Part shown: one piece after another, positions 13,424 through 27,100 of the stretch
Numbering within the stretch: the stretch's first letter is position 1
Layout: every line of letters starts with the position of its first letter
Assembly (NCBI GenBank): GCA_044892525.1
Contig: CM097885.1
Span: 18,788,001-18,852,000 of the forward strand
Reading direction: 5' to 3'
Origin: Schmidtea polychroa
Lineage: Eukaryota
DNA: 64,000 nucleotides
The notes under the pieces: model-generated
Databases searched by the model: none
What the model saw: only the letters and a program-made list of their open reading frames with translations
Told to the model about the DNA's origin: nothing
Program-made: the position numbers and the translations under genes

Positions 13424-15308
13424 CAAAATGTTCGTCTGTTAAATTAGTTCGGTATTTCGACTTTATTATTTTCATTTGTGAAAATGCTGATTCGCACAAA
13501 TATGTCGAACCAAAACAGGCGTATAAATTTTCAGCACATTTTTCTAGATTCGGATATTTATCTTCATCTAAATATTTCCAGAATTTATCTTCGGAAGCTC
13601 TTGCTTTAATATAAATATCATTTTGTAAAGTAATAATTTCTGCTTCAAGTGTAATGTTATCCATATAAAAAATAGTTGAAAGGTTTTCTGCAATTGTTTC
13701 TGCTTTAATATTGCTATCAAATGGAAAACTCATAAATAAAACTACATTATCAAGTTTTTTAAAATCTTCAAAACGGTTACCAAATTCTTCAATAACGTCC
13801 TTAATTTCTTTGATATATTTATTTTCATCAAAATTAGTAGAACAGAACTTTTAATTGTGCCAACATGTTTGGGAAATTAGATAAATTTTTATTTTCTAGC
13901 TTTGATACAAGCAGATTTAATTTTTCTCTGGAAGCGTTTACAGCACTGATCATATGAAAAATCGTTTTAATTTAGCTGTTATATCGGTTAAAAATGCCAA
14001 GTCTAATAACCAAATATCGTCATTTAACTGTTTGTAATCATCGCCTCTTTCGCTAAGAAATTGCTTAATTTCATTGATTAGATCTCTAAATAGCTGTAGA
14101 AAATTTCCTCGACTTAACCACCTAACATCAGTATGCATGAGCAGTTCGGATGGTCCACCATCATCAATTTCTTCCACCTGTAGTTTAAAAAGACGCCTTT
14201 GGAGACTTTTTGCGCGAATTGAATTAGAAATTTTGAAAGCTATATTCATAATTTCTTGCATATTTAAAACTTTAGCACACAGCACATACTGGTGTATTAT
14301 ACAATGATATTGTAAGAAATCGGGAAAATCTTCATCATTTCGACATAGTGCGATGAAACCTGTCATAGCTGGTGCTCCGTCCGTCGTAATTGAAACAGTT
14401 TTATAGAGTGGCAATTTAGCAATTTTATAGAAGTTTTTAAAACTGGTAAATAGATCTTCACCTCGAGTTTTTCCTTTTAATGGAATGATTGTAAGTATTT
14501 CTTCTTTAGTCGAAAAGTCTTTAAAAACCATTCTAATGAAAATAATCATTTGAGATATGTCAATTGCATCAGTAGACTCATCCAATTGAAGTGAAAAATC
14601 TTGACAATTCGTAATGTCATGCATTAATTGTTCTTTTAAATTTGAACTTATTTGGTCCATTCGCTTTGCAACTGTATTGCGTGATAACTGTAAATCGTTG
14701 ATCGCAGAAACTATTTCTGACTTATTTTTATAGTCACAAAATAAAGAGTCAGCAGCTTCTAAAAATGCATTTTTTAAAATAGCACCATCACTAAATGGTT
14801 TCTTATTTTTACCAAGAACATCGCATACTCGTAAAGAAGCAATTGTAGCCGACTTTGACTTTAATGTTTCTTTAGTGAAAATTAATTGTTGCGATGAAAG
14901 GCAGTAATTTTAAGTTCAGTAATTTTAGCTTTTCGTAAATCACTTTTCGGCGGATAATCAATCTCATACTTACTATGCACCGTTTTGAAATGTTCCAAAT
15001 TTCCTTTCTTTGGCAATGAAACACTATTATTACAAATTAAACAACAGCATTTCTTCTTAATCATAATAAAGAAATAATCATGCTCCCATTCTTCATGATA
15101 GTGATAAGTTTTAATCTTTTTAGAATTATTCACGTTGTCACAATTTAAAGAAATTTTAATTTATGTCAATTTGATTACTACCACCCGTACAAATAGTTTT
15201 TGATTCTTAAAATTGAAAATGGCAACTTGAATGGAAATAAATATTTGAAATATGAATATTTATTGCCGATCGACCAGTATATCGCGATCGACGTTATTGA
15301 CACCTCTG
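13424..15308 (-). mobile_element. Degenerate hAT (Buster/SPIN/GTF2IRD2-like) element, frameshifted transposase, 3' end lost
   Basis: Fragments 15133-14882, 14660-13950 (FSLQLDESTD, TTDGAPAM, HCIIH, VRWLSRG) and 13733-13424 (FGSTYLCESAFS). 5' terminus CAGAGGTGTCAA at 15308. Confidence 0.85.
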
Positions 15309-15486
15309 TCTTATACAATACGTCAGCTGAAGTTCTAGTGGCTAGTTAAGTCAATAATTGGGGTTAATGTAACTCACAATGTCTGTTGGTTCTCCTAATA
15401 ATTCATCGACCGTTAACCAGTGATACGATGTCAGACCTTCCAGCGGCAGTCAAGCACCCGTAAGAAACATTAAAGGGAGTATTGAT

Positions 15487-18144
15487 CAACTTTCCCTCTA
15501 ATTTTTGACAGTGGTGTGCGGAAAAAAACACGATGCAACATTTTAGTGGGCAACATTTGTGAAAATCATATTTACAGGTGTTAACAGCTCTTTTACACGC
15601 CAGTATCCAATATAATAAAAAAAACATTTTACACAGAGATGACATTATTCATTATGAAAATTAAAATGTAGTTCAAATTATTTCAAGTAAATGATGTCGG
15701 TAAAGTGCTAAACATAATTTATTCTGCAAAAACCTGCAAATATAATATATGTAGTTCGAAATTTAGAGCATTCATTTATTGCCTGATTTTCACTTTGCAG
15801 GTCTGTCTTTATGGGTGGTCCAATGCTTGTAAAACGTATCTAGATCAATAGTTTCCTGATGACATAGAATTTTATGTGCATCAAATTATCCAAATGATTT
15901 ACTTCTAGCCTATTTCTAAATTTTGTTTTAAGTTCATCAGGCTAAAACCGCGTTCGCAGTCTGCGCTTGATACTTGAAATGTGGCACAAATGTCTAGCAG
16001 AATCGAGAGGTTTTTCATGTCTTCATTCTTCGAGGCACAGGTTATGACGTCGGTGAAAGTTTGCATTGTTCCAGTCTTCATTTTTTCCGCAATCCAGAAT
16101 TTAAAGTTTTCATATTGATCATTGATCTTTGAGATGACATTCTCTTGACAGTTAGGTATAACACCCGAAAATCTTCTAACAGTTTGTTCAAACTGTCTTT
16201 GCCAAATTCGAAATTTGGCCATTTTGCAATTGTGCAATGGTCAAATTCTTGCCAATCCATCAATTAATCATTTGGAAATCTAAGAATTTCAGCCTTGTCG
16301 ACATCACGTGAATCGAATTAAGAACTTCGTTCACTGCGTTACTCCAATAAACTGTTTCTCCAAGATATTGCGATATTATTTTACATAGTTTCGATTTTAC
16401 AAACTGAAGTGCTTCAATAGTTTTCAAAATACTGAGTTGAAGGTATTTGCATACTGATGCCAGTTCTCCCAAAATATCATTCAGTACTGTCAAAGCCAGT
16501 TGAAACTGCGGATTAAGAAGTCTCTTCAAACAGTACTTATTGATTGGATCATTGCTCATGTTTACCTGTTCAGTGTAATAGTCAATGAAAATGTTGTAGT
16601 TTCGCACTAATGAGGCAACTGCTAAATACCTAGATAACCATCTCACCTCATGCAAAGTACGAAATGCCACGGCATCACTTTCTGCGGCATTGACCAATTC
16701 CCGAAACTTTTCATTTTTAACAGATGACCTACTGAACATTATATAAACTGTTCTAAGTAACGTTTCAATATCATGCATTAATGAAACTTGCTTCCAAGCA
16801 TCATCAATAGCTAAGTCTTCTAGATGAGCAATGCAATGTTGCTCAGACAAATGATGTATCTCACGCCTCAGAATTGCTGCCACTCCATTATTTTTCCCTA
16901 GCATGATAGATGCGCCATCTAATGTTAACATTACCATCTTCTGCAAATCAAGATCATTCTCACAATATAATTGTTTTATTTCCGTCACAATAGAGACACT
17001 ATCGCACGAGGAAAACTTCACAATATCGCCTAATATTGTTCTGCAAACAATTTCTGTTTCATGTCGATACTTGAAATAAACTATCAACATTATTGAACTG
17101 AAATATCGGTACTTTCATCTATTATCAACGTATTGAATGCAGATTTTCGCAATTCAGTCATAAACTGAGTTTTTAAGACAAAGCTTATACACACAACGAA
17201 TTCGAATGCATAGTTTTTGCTGAGCCAACTTTCTGGAAGTTTAACATATTTGGCAATATGCTCATGAATATCCGGTACCGAAAGCATAGATGCATTCAGT
17301 TTAATAGCAAGAATAACGTTATCAATCAGCACTTTTACCAAATCTGAAGTTGAACGCTTTTTCTCTTCCATCTCTAATAGAACGCTACGATCTATCGTAC
17401 TCTCCTGTAGCATTCGCAAAATTTCACCACTCTTCTGATTCCGCAGCTTTGTAACTGATTCGGTATGTACCTTTTGATTGAGATGCCGCTTTAAGTAATC
17501 AAGTTTCCATTCCTCCTATTTCTTTCCCGAGCTGAAATCTCCTGCAGCATTTGCGTTGAGCAAATAACAGCGCCAGCATCATTGCATGTGAAAATATCTC
17601 CAAGTTTTATCTTCTGCTTGGTAGATGATGACAATACACAAGTTTCGACCGTTTCGATAAGCCACTCTTCCTTGAATCTTGAACAAATTTTCTTTTTCAA
17701 GGAGCATGATTCACTTCCTCATGCCTTTCTTCTTGACATTATGGCACGGATAATGTGATTTTTAACATAAAAATAAATTACAACTTCTTAAAATATCAAT
17801 ATAATAAATCAATGAACGTTTATTTGTATTTTAAATCACTCGGCCACGACCTTATGACACTTTAGAGTCTTGACTTGGCCGCCTAGGGTCCACAACCTCC
17901 AAATAGTATTTCTGACAGCGGTTGATAGTGGTAAGTTGGTGAATCATGCGGGGTATAACTTGTACCCTTGCGTGATTCTCCGACCAGACTACGATCATTG
18001 GATAAAGTCGCTGCAACCAACAGTCTTGCCAATTTCTATAACATGGGCTGGGCTGCGCACTGTGGAAAATGCGCTGAAGCTTGTAGCTAGTGCGCGGGTG
18101 AGTTTCAGTAGCTGCGCGAGCTCACAGCTTGTAGGAAACATTTG
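15487..18144 (-). mobile_element. Degenerate hAT (ZNF862-like) element, fragmented transposase
   Basis: Fragments with IIDESTD, LDGASIM, HCIAH, VRWLSR and SADCERGFS. Degenerate ends CAACTTTCCCTCTAA (15487) and CAAATGTTTCCTACAA (minus, 18144). No TSD found. Confidence 0.8.
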
Positions 18145-18769
18145 TGATAAGATAGTCCCTCATCTGCCCTTTAATCTTTCGCCGACTTTGAGCAGTACCA
18201 ACCTGATTTCCGTCAGGGGCTTATTGATCTGAATATCGACAAGTCATGTGCGTTTGGATGCTGAGGCCATGATCTTTGCTCCATCTTATGCTAGACCAAA
18301 CGCTAACAATAAGCTTATTGGGGCGCAGAAATTATTTAACCTTGGAAATAATGAATAATCTGAACCAAATTATTTCCTAGGCTAAATTATTTTCAAGATT
18401 AAATTATTTTCATAATCTGCATATTGATTTTTAATATGATAGATGACGTAATTCTATATCAGTAGTTCTTAATCGGAATGCCGAAGACGCCTCTACCATT
18501 ATAAATTATTTTTTCGATATTTGAAAACTACTTGAATTAGATTTAATGACAAAATTGCAACAATTAATTTACAAAACAAAGATAATCTATGTTTCATATA
18601 TAGTATTCTGGCTATTTTGAAATATGACAAGATCAAGAAAGATAGAGAGAATCGCAAAATATTTGCCATGTACGAATGAATTAGTATATCATACAAATGA
18701 AGTTAATTGATATCAGGAAATGTTCTATTGACCCTTTTAGTAATTCCCATTCTTGTGTTTATCATCGTT

Positions 18770-19254
18770 TACCAGACTGTTTAACTAATTGCTCTCTAAA
18801 TTCCCAGTTTGTTTATTCTCCCTAATTGCCGCGCTAGAGTTTTCTTCATCGCTCGGGTTCTCCATTGGATCGGACATCCCATTAGCTCGGGTTTCCCATT
18901 AGCCAATTAATTAATTAATATTTAGTGTTTTTTCATATTTGCCTGTTTTACGACCCTTTCTAAACATTTTCTAACAATTTCTTGCTCACTGTCTTCTTCA
19001 CCATTCCCTAATCTACCCTCTCCCGTTTTCCAGCTTCAATTTCGATAACATTTCACTTTACTCCACTTCCTCAGGTTTGCGAATTTTCCATTTCGTGTCT
19101 GATTGTACCTTTTATAGTTCTGTTTTTATCATATCTTTCTTTGCCATTACTTCTCTGCTTTCCTGTCATTCTTTTTCATTCAATTTCGGTTTTCTTTTTA
19201 TTCGGAACTATTCAATTTGACATAATTTAATAATTTACTTTAACAACCTCAACA
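18770..19254 (-). mobile_element. LTR fragment related to the LTRs of the 28558-44459 element
   Basis: Begins TGTTGAGGTTG on the minus strand at 19254. Contains the same 17-bp ATGGGAAACCCGAGC-type repeats (~18850-18905). Left boundary approximate. Confidence 0.6.
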
Positions 19255-19467
19255 TTCCTTTAAAAATATTTTTCGATAAAAATATTTTTAAAATTTAAAA
19301 AAATTTCATATTAATACTTTTAGAATATTTCAGCTTCCTCACAGATATTGTAATGTGAAATTTACAACCTTTACTGGGGTTGTCATCGAATTCACCTCAC
19401 TTGTCATTTTATATAATAAATAACTTAATTAATAAAACAAAAACATTTTTTCTTCGTAAACATTTTC
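19047..19467. repeat. Inverted duplicate of 24847-25206 plus 24450-24501
   Basis: Near-identical reverse-complement match read directly. Confidence 0.85.
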
Positions 19468-20015
19468 AGTCAATGTTCTCAGGTACAATCCAACAAAGGA
19501 GACTGATGATGATATTATTATGAAACACCCACATTTGGATATAATACAAAGAACCAGAGTTACTAATACCACACATATCTATTTAATGTAATATCATTAT
19601 AATATCATTATGAATAATATCATTATACAGCTGTAGTAAGCATCAAAAATTAATGAATTGTCATCAAAATGAGAATGGTTATGTAAGAATCCAAAGTATA
19701 TTGTGGTGCGGGAGCTATTCGCACAGCAAGCTAATAATTGGGAAAATAAGTAAATTGTAAATCCAATATTGTTCTAAATTTTATTTTATCGTTATTTGAA
19801 ATTGTATTGACGTATTCGTTGGTATTCGGCTCGGCGTCGTGGATTGAATTGGTTTTTGGTAGTTGCAAGTGATTTTGTTTGTTGTTGCTAAATCGGAATA
19901 AGATGACATTTTGTTTGTTGCTGCTAGTCTGAGTAAAACAGACATGTTTTTTGTAATGTTTTAAAATCTTCATTATTTAAACAAATTACACTCGCACTCA
20001 GTTTAATATACTATT

Positions 20016-23000
20016 CAGGCCCGGCTCAAGGGCCAGGCGACCTAGGCCATAGCCTAGGGCGCCAAAATTTATTATAAACAATCAAAGTAAATTATAAAAT
20101 AAGCCTCCAAAACTTTATATTTTGAAATTTATCTATGAAACCAACCGTTTTAAAAAAAATTGAAAATAAGAAAAAACAAAAAAAAAAGTACATGCAAAAT
20201 ATACGAATTTCCAATTCTGAGAAATTCTGATATGTATTGAAAATTGAAATAAAAAAAAATTATATGTATGTATTACAAAAACTGATGTGCGAGTTAAATT
20301 AACAGCTATAGCTACCAGTTTTTTTAACAATTTTTTTGTTTCAAGTGTGTAACTAATGTGTTGTTGCAGTTTGTTCAAATTAAATTTGTATTCCTATTCT
20401 GTTTTAAAAATATAAATATATAAGAGGTAAGGTAAGATTAAGATCATTTTTTAAAAATATATTGGAAAATATATAATATATTTATATAAATTTATGCCAT
20501 AGCTAAGATGCCACCAAAAAGATTGAGTGGGTATGAATTATCGGAAACGAAAAATAAATAGACAACAACAAGCTGATAAGCACGATAAAATATTGAAATA
20601 TTTTAATTCCAGTAAATCAGTAGCCGATGATAATCAACATTTCGAGTCAAAATCTTCAAGCTCAGAGGACGATATAGGTAATGTGTCATCAGAAGCTGAA
20701 AATTGTAATATTGTCAATGAGGATAATTTAATGTCTTCTCACGGAACTGAAATAATTGTTCCTAGTGATTCAACTCATTCTGTATTTGAAAATATTTTAA
20801 ATTATAATGATATTGAGCTATGGCCACAAAATTTAAAACATACGGAAATTGACCATATAGTTGTAACTGACTTATATGGAAACGAAGAAAGGTGTAATCA
20901 ACAACATATTTATCCAAGAGATGAAAATAATCGAAGCTTTTCCAATTCGCTTTTTTATCGTCAAATAAGTAATGGTGAAAAATTCCTAAGAAAATGGTTG
21001 CACTATTCAGAATCCAAAAATTCTGTATTTTGTTTTTTTTGCAAACTTTTTGATCCATCAGGTAGGTCAAATCTAGCCAAATCTGGTTTATCGGATTGGA
21101 AAAATATTCACGACAGCTTGAAAATGCACGAACGGTCAGTTTCACATTTAAAATGTGAAAAAAACTCGATAGAAACTCGATTAAGATTAAAAGGCAATAA
21201 AACTATTGATAAGAATTTGCAGTCTTTGATAGTTCAAGAAAAATATAATTGGAAAAAGGTACTAGAAAGATTAATAAACATAACATTATTTTTGTCCAAA
21301 AATAATTTAGCATTTCGGGGTTCTTGTGATAAGTTATTTGTTCCGCATAATGGAAATTTTTTAGGCCTTGTTGAACTTCTAGGAAAATTTGATTTACCAT
21401 TAAATGGGCATTTGCGCAGGGTGGTCTCACAAGAAATTCATGTTCATTATTGTGGAAAAACTATACAAAACGAATTAATAAGTACACTTGGTGATATGAC
21501 AAGAAGTCATATTTTGGATTCTGTTCGTAAATCGAAATATTTTTCGATTATTTTAGACTGCACACCTGACATAAGCCATATCGAACAGCTCTCCATAACG
21601 TTAAGATTTTATGATGTTGAGGATATGGAAATAAAAGAGCATTTTGTATCCTTTAAACCAGTTTTTGATTCTACTGGAAAAGGATTATATGATGATATTT
21701 CTGAAAGTTTAGAAGAATTCAATTTGGAATTAGCAAACTGTAGAGGCCAAGGATATGATAACGGCGCTAATATGAAAGGTAAAATTAAAGGAGTGCAAGC
21801 TAGAATTTTAAAAGAAAATCCAAGAGCGTTTTTATGCCTTGTGGTTGTCACTCAATTAACCTACTAATTGGTGATAGTGTTTCTTCTTCAATAATGTGCA
21901 TAAAGTTTTTCGGATATGTTTAAAGAATTTATACTTTGTTTGCTGCATCTGTTGGACGATGGAATATATTGAAAAAACATATTAAATCATTAAATCCTAA
22001 ACCTTTAAGTGAAACGAGGTGGGAATGTAGAATCGAATGCATTAAAGCAATAATGTTTGAAATCACGGAAATTAGAAACGCATTAAATGAGTTGCAAGAC
22101 ACAATATTAGATGCTGCAGTTGTTTCAGAAGCTAGCTCTTTATCTGAAAAAATAGAAGATTTCGAGTTTTTGTTAACATTATCTGTCTGGTACGTACTTT
22201 TGTCAAAATTTAATATTGTCAGCAAATCCATGCAAAAACTTACATTTGATATGAGTAACGCCATCGAGCTTCTTCGGAATTGTAAGATTTTTCTAGAAAA
22301 TTATAGACTCCGGTTTTTCTGATGCTTTAAAATCGGCCAAAGATCTCGCTGCGCTATTAAACGTGAACGCACAATTTAAAGCTGTAAGAATCAGAAGGCG
22401 ACAAAAACAATTTAGTTATGAGTGTGACGATGAAACTCCGGATGCAAATGACCCAGAAAAATATTATAAAAATCATGTTTTTAATGTTATGCTGGATCAA
22501 TCGTTGATATCTATATCAGAAAGGTTTCAGCAAATGAAAGATTTCGAAGATTCGTGGGGTTTTTTGTTCAATATTCACAATAATAAAAATCGTTGTGATT
22601 TGCTGAAGAGTTGCAAAGATTTACATCTGAAATTAACAAATGAGGCCAGTAGTGATATAAATGGAATAGAATTGTGCGAGGAAATCGAATCATTGAAGCA
22701 ATTGGTACCAGATGATGTTAAAGATCCTTTAATATGTTTACAATTTATCAATGATAATAATTTGAAAAGTACAGTACCAAATCTGTGGGTGGCTTTACGA
22801 ATCCTCGTAACAATTCCTGTTAGTGTTGCGAGTGGTGAAAGAAGTTTTAGTAAATTAAAACTAATAAAAACGTATTTGCGATCTACTATGACGGAAGATA
22901 GGTTGAATAATTTGGCCATTATTTCAATTGAAAATAATGTTGTAGCAAACCTAAATTTGGAGGCAGCAATAGAAAAATTTGCAGACATGAAAGCCAGGAA

Positions 23001-23184
23001 AAAATCATTCTTATAAATTCTGTTTTTTATATATATGTCAATCGAAAAAAATGAAATAAAGTAATAAATGGATTGTTTTTTGTTAAACTTTTTTATTTTA
23101 TCATAATTTTTGTACCTAATTTTTAAAATAGGGCGCTTTTTATAATTTTCGCCTGGGGCGTATAATTATCTCGAACCGGCGCTG
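20016..23184 (+). mobile_element. Full-length hAT (ZMYM1/TTF-finger type) with disrupted transposase
   Basis: 8-bp TSD ATACTATT (20008-20015, 23185-23192); imperfect TIR CAGGCCCGGCTC / CAGCGCCGGTTC. Transposase split into 20527-21867, 21936-22322 and 22363-23016 (FCFFC, LDCTPD, YDNGANM, TRWE, SGERSFSKL). Confidence 0.93.
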
Positions 23185-24510
23185 ATACTATTAATATACT
23201 AAAATAATTTAAAAAAAAAAGAATATTAAATGGTAACTGTAAAATTATCAATGAGGTTCAGCAGGCACTACATATATGGTGTGGTAATTATCTCGACGGA
23301 TTCAAGAAACAAGATGCGTTTCTAATATCGGTCTCAATGCTTGAAATATTAGTTGGGTACAACACTATATACATAATCTCAAAGAATTGTCAATATTTTT
23401 TTTATAATAAATTTTCATGTTTTTTTCTACTTTATTAAAAGATTTGTAGATGTTTATTTATGTTACGGTTCGGCGTTGTAAAAATATGGCAATTTTTTCT
23501 GTTTACCGCAATTTTTTATTAATTTAATAAATTATCAGTTTAAAGATTTAAAATAAGTAGACTGATTTTACCTGTTTACACATATTTTCGGCACTGTTTT
23601 TTTAAAAAATTTTTAAAGTGAAATATAATTCATTTGATAAAGGCAATGCCGAAAGCTTTGTTAATACGAAAAAAAGATTGATCTATAGTAAAAATGAAGA
23701 TAAATGAAATTTTCAATGATCAATATTGTACAAATTGAGGAAAAAAGTTATTTTTACAAAAAAATGTTTGCTTCTTATATAAATTTTATTTTAGTTTTTT
23801 TAGTTTTTTTTAAGAGGTGAATTAATGCCCCTTTCCCCTTGGGTTCATAAATTCAAATATTTTTTTTATAATATTTATAAAATAATTGATAAAATAATGA
23901 ACTCACTGCGCAATTACGACACCCATTATAATAAGTTATATTGAAATCCGTGCATAAATTATTATTAAATTCATTGCATTCGGCAGAATTTGGGGGGCTC
24001 AGGTCTATATAAACAAATTTTATTACATTAATAAATGAATATTACTTACAATTATTTTGACATTTTACAATTGGATATATAATTAAAATGCTGAAAATAG
24101 ATATCATAAAATTAATTTAATGCATTTATTAAATCAATAATTTTATAATACATTTCAGACATATACAGGTTAGGTAGAGAATTACGAGGACCCTGAAAAT
24201 CCCCTCTAAGAGTTTCTCAGAAATTGCCAGAGAAAATGGGCCTTGATAATAAATCCCTACACGAAAAGTTGGCATACTGTTAAATGAAAAAAAAATTTAA
24301 TTAATTGAAAATAATTATTATTTCTATATTTAATAACAAATATAATATTTAAATTATTTGACAAAGGGCTAAATGAAAAATGTTATGATTATTATCAAAA
24401 TTATGTAACTGTCATTTCGATAAAGTTTGTATAAACTAGTTAAAACTATGAAAATGCTTACGAAGAAAAAATGTTTTTGTTTTATTAATTAAGTTATTTA
24501 ATAAAAAAAA

Positions 24511-24846
24511 CTAGTTAATTGCAAGACGCCTAAGGCGCACGTTGACAAATCATAAAATAATTACGCTCGTAATAAATATTGTTGTAAATAATGCCTAAAA
24601 GTAAATTCAAGTTATTTTTGATTGCGTCGATTAATTTAATTTATATTTACATAGAAAAATCGAATTAAGTTTTATTTTGCAAAATAAACTTAGAAAGCGC
24701 TTTTTCAAAACTCGTTATTCGTGTAAAAATTCTATGATAGTATTAGTGAGAGAGAGAATTTTTTTATGATATTGTTAGGATCAACCAATCAGCGAGCGTT
24801 ATAGAATTAGTCAGTGAATCAGTGATGAGCGTAATTATATATTATA
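24511..24846 (-). mobile_element. Short non-autonomous Helitron-like insertion
   Basis: Interrupts one arm of the inverted duplication. Minus-strand 3' end CTAG (24511-24514) is preceded by a GCGCC-TTA-GGCGT hairpin; the other end is TA-rich. Confidence 0.55.
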
Positions 24847-24998
24847 TGACAAGTGAGGTGAATTCGATGACAACCCCAGTAAAGGTTGTAAATTTCACAT
24901 TATAATATCTATGAGGAAGCTGAAATATTCTAAAAGTATTAATATAAAATTTTTTTAAATTTTAAAAATATTTTTATCGAAAAATATTTTTAAAGGAA

Positions 24999-25405
24999 TG
25001 TTGAGGTTGTTAAAGTAAATTATTAAATTATGTCAAATTGAATAGTTCCGAATAAAAAGAAAACCGAAATTGAACGAAAAAGAATGACAGGGAAGCAGAG
25101 AAGTAATGGCAAAGAAAGATATGATAAAAACAGAACTATAAAAGGTACAATCAGACACGAAATGGAAAATTCGCAAATCTGAGGAAGCGGAATAAAGTGA
25201 AATGTTGCAATGGAGCAATGGTGTATTTGGATGACATTCTGATTTATTCGAACAGTAAAGAAAAACATTATACAATAATCAGTGATATATTAAAAGCGAT
25301 CGAGGAAGCCGGACTAAAAATTAACCAAGAAAAGTGTCAAATAATACAGAAAGAAATCAGATTCTTAGGATACATAATCAGCAAATAAGGAGTACAGACC
25401 GATCC
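24999..25405 (+). mobile_element. LTR start fused to a Gypsy reverse-transcriptase fragment (deleted element)
   Basis: TGTTGAGGTTG start at 24999. 25212-25405 reads GAMVYLDDILIYS...GLKINQEKC...FLGYIISK*GVQTDP. Confidence 0.75.
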
Positions 25406-25408
25406 TTC

Positions 25409-25628
25409 TGGTGGGTTACAGGTACTTTCAAAGTTTCTACCTACTCCTGCTGTTTCCAGCGTAACCCAGGATACAATTTATAGCTGACCACTTGATACCC
25501 GTTGAGTAATCAACGTTGGTACTGTATCAAGGGTTTGGGTACTAGCAAAAAGTGAGCATGCTTAGCATACTATAATTGTCTAGCACCCACTGGGGTTCAC
25601 GGACTGCCGATAGAAGGCCTATGTCCGG
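25409..25628 (+). ncRNA. Candidate structured RNA element, copy A
   Basis: Stems TGGGTTAC/GTAACCCA, AGGTA/TACCT, GCTG/CAGC, CTTGATAC/GTATCAAG and CGTTGA-GTAA-TCAACG; possible GTGAGC/GTTCAC pseudoknot. Confidence 0.6.
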
Positions 25629-25895
25629 TTTCTTTTAGTCCCCGTTATGATAATCAACGTTATGGAAAATTCGAAATGCCCAGATATGAATACACCAGTA
25701 AATATTTATTAGGAGAACACAATCTAAAGTTATAGTGTCGTGGATGATTCCTTCGGAGTAGGCTCTGACACCGCAGAATGATGTGTTAATTGGGCTTGGC
25801 TGGCTTGTCTCATTCTCGCCCGCGCCGCTTTATCCGGTCGGATCTTCTTCCTCGGGACGTTCAGTGATGCGCGCTCCTTTGGGTTGTGGAGCAGC

Positions 25896-26174
25896 TCACT
25901 CATGGGCCGGACTTTGGAGATCCTGTTGGAGAACTTTGATCTCCAGCTCCTTCACTCTAAGGCGGAAGGCCCGCAACTCAACCTGATCTTGGACACTCTG
26001 GAGTTGCAATTGGGTGATGAGTTTCATACGCTTTTTCATCTCTGCTGGCGGAAACCAGGTGCTCTCGAAATTCCGGCAATGGGCCTTGATTCGCACTAAC
26101 TTGGCCCGGTATTCTTCCACTTGTTGTTGCGCCCGCTCTCTATCTGTTCGCATTTCTGCCAGGAGTTTTAGCAC
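25896..26174 (-). CDS. Coiled-coil-like ORF/exon of unknown function, probably an antisense gene of a retroelement remnant
   Basis: GC-rich ORF preceded by a TTTTAG acceptor; heptad-like L/Q/E/R composition. Confidence 0.35.
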   Translation of the reverse strand: MLKLLAEMRTDRERAQQQVEEYRAKLVRIKAHCRNFESTWFPPAEMKKRMKLITQLQLQSVQDQVELRAFRLRVKELEIKVLQQDLQSPAHE

Positions 26175-26599
26175 TAAAACAAGATAACGTTAGTGAGATT
26201 CATATAAGCATCGAGTGTCGAGCATTATTATGATTATCAATACTAAATGAATGCAATCTCTTCGTCGCAGCCCTCCTCTACGCGCACCAAAACCGAGTTC
26301 TATGAATCTTACCAAACCCTATCGGCTGTCAATGTTACGGAAAATTGTAGTCGATAATAATAATAGTTAACGCTAAGAACTTTACCAAGAATCAAGCAAT
26401 ACACACAATTAGATTAATATCGACAACCAAAACCCAATCAAACATTTAACTAAATACAAACTACTAAGACATAACGAATATTATTTTAATTCTGGGTCAA
26501 AGTTATCCAACCCAGCACACAACATCCCAAGGTACAATAATAACGGAGTCATTACAGGATAATTATTTTTATCACAAGACTTTAGTCATGACACAGATG

Positions 26600-27100
26600 T
26601 TAGGGGTGTTGTGCAGCGCTGGCTTTCAGTTTGGTAATCTTCTTGGCGGAGCTGGAGGTTTTTCGTGGGCGTCCGCGTTTTCTCTGCTGGCTCGGCCCAC
26701 GTTGAGGCTTCCTTGGGTATTCCAGCCCACGGCGAAGGGCTGTGATCCGCTTAGTATGACATTGAGCTCGAGCGTAACCGTCAATATCCTCGAGCTCGCC
26801 GGCCAGGGTTGCTGTTTCGAGCCTGTGCAGTCGGTCCACCGCTCTCTTCGCATCGTCGAAGGCGTCGCTCAGAGCCAATGAAGTAAAATTGATATATGGC
26901 TCCACCTTCGGGATCACCGGGACCACATTCTGATAGGTCCAATAATGAATCTTATACCAGATCCATCTAGACCTTAGCCTGGCGATTTCTGCTTCCTCCC
27001 TCAGTCGGACGGCTTCGTCTGCCTCCCCGCCGATACTGTCGAGGCTCCAGTCATTTGACGAGTGACCTTCTTGTACTTTCCTTGGCTCAGTGTTGGGCAT
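26600..27100 (-). CDS. Small basic protein with C-terminal AT-hook (RKRGRPRK)
   Basis: ATG at 27100 just after a CATTACAG acceptor; 166 codons; canonical RGRP AT-hook core. Confidence 0.45.
   Translation of the reverse strand: MPNTEPRKVQEGHSSNDWSLDSIGGEADEAVRLREEAEIARLRSRWIWYKIHYWTYQNVVPVIPKVEPYINFTSLALSDAFDDAKRAVDRLHRLETATLAGELEDIDGYARAQCHTKRITALRRGLEYPRKPQRGPSQQRKRGRPRKTSSSAKKITKLKASAAQHP

Noticed and set aside
25409..25628. Assignment of the structured RNA as a hammerhead, dicistrovirus IGR IRES or HCV-type IRES
   Set aside because: No CUGANGA/GAAA core and no IGR loop motifs. The ACTGCCGATAG resemblance to HCV domain IIIe is too short to support a call.
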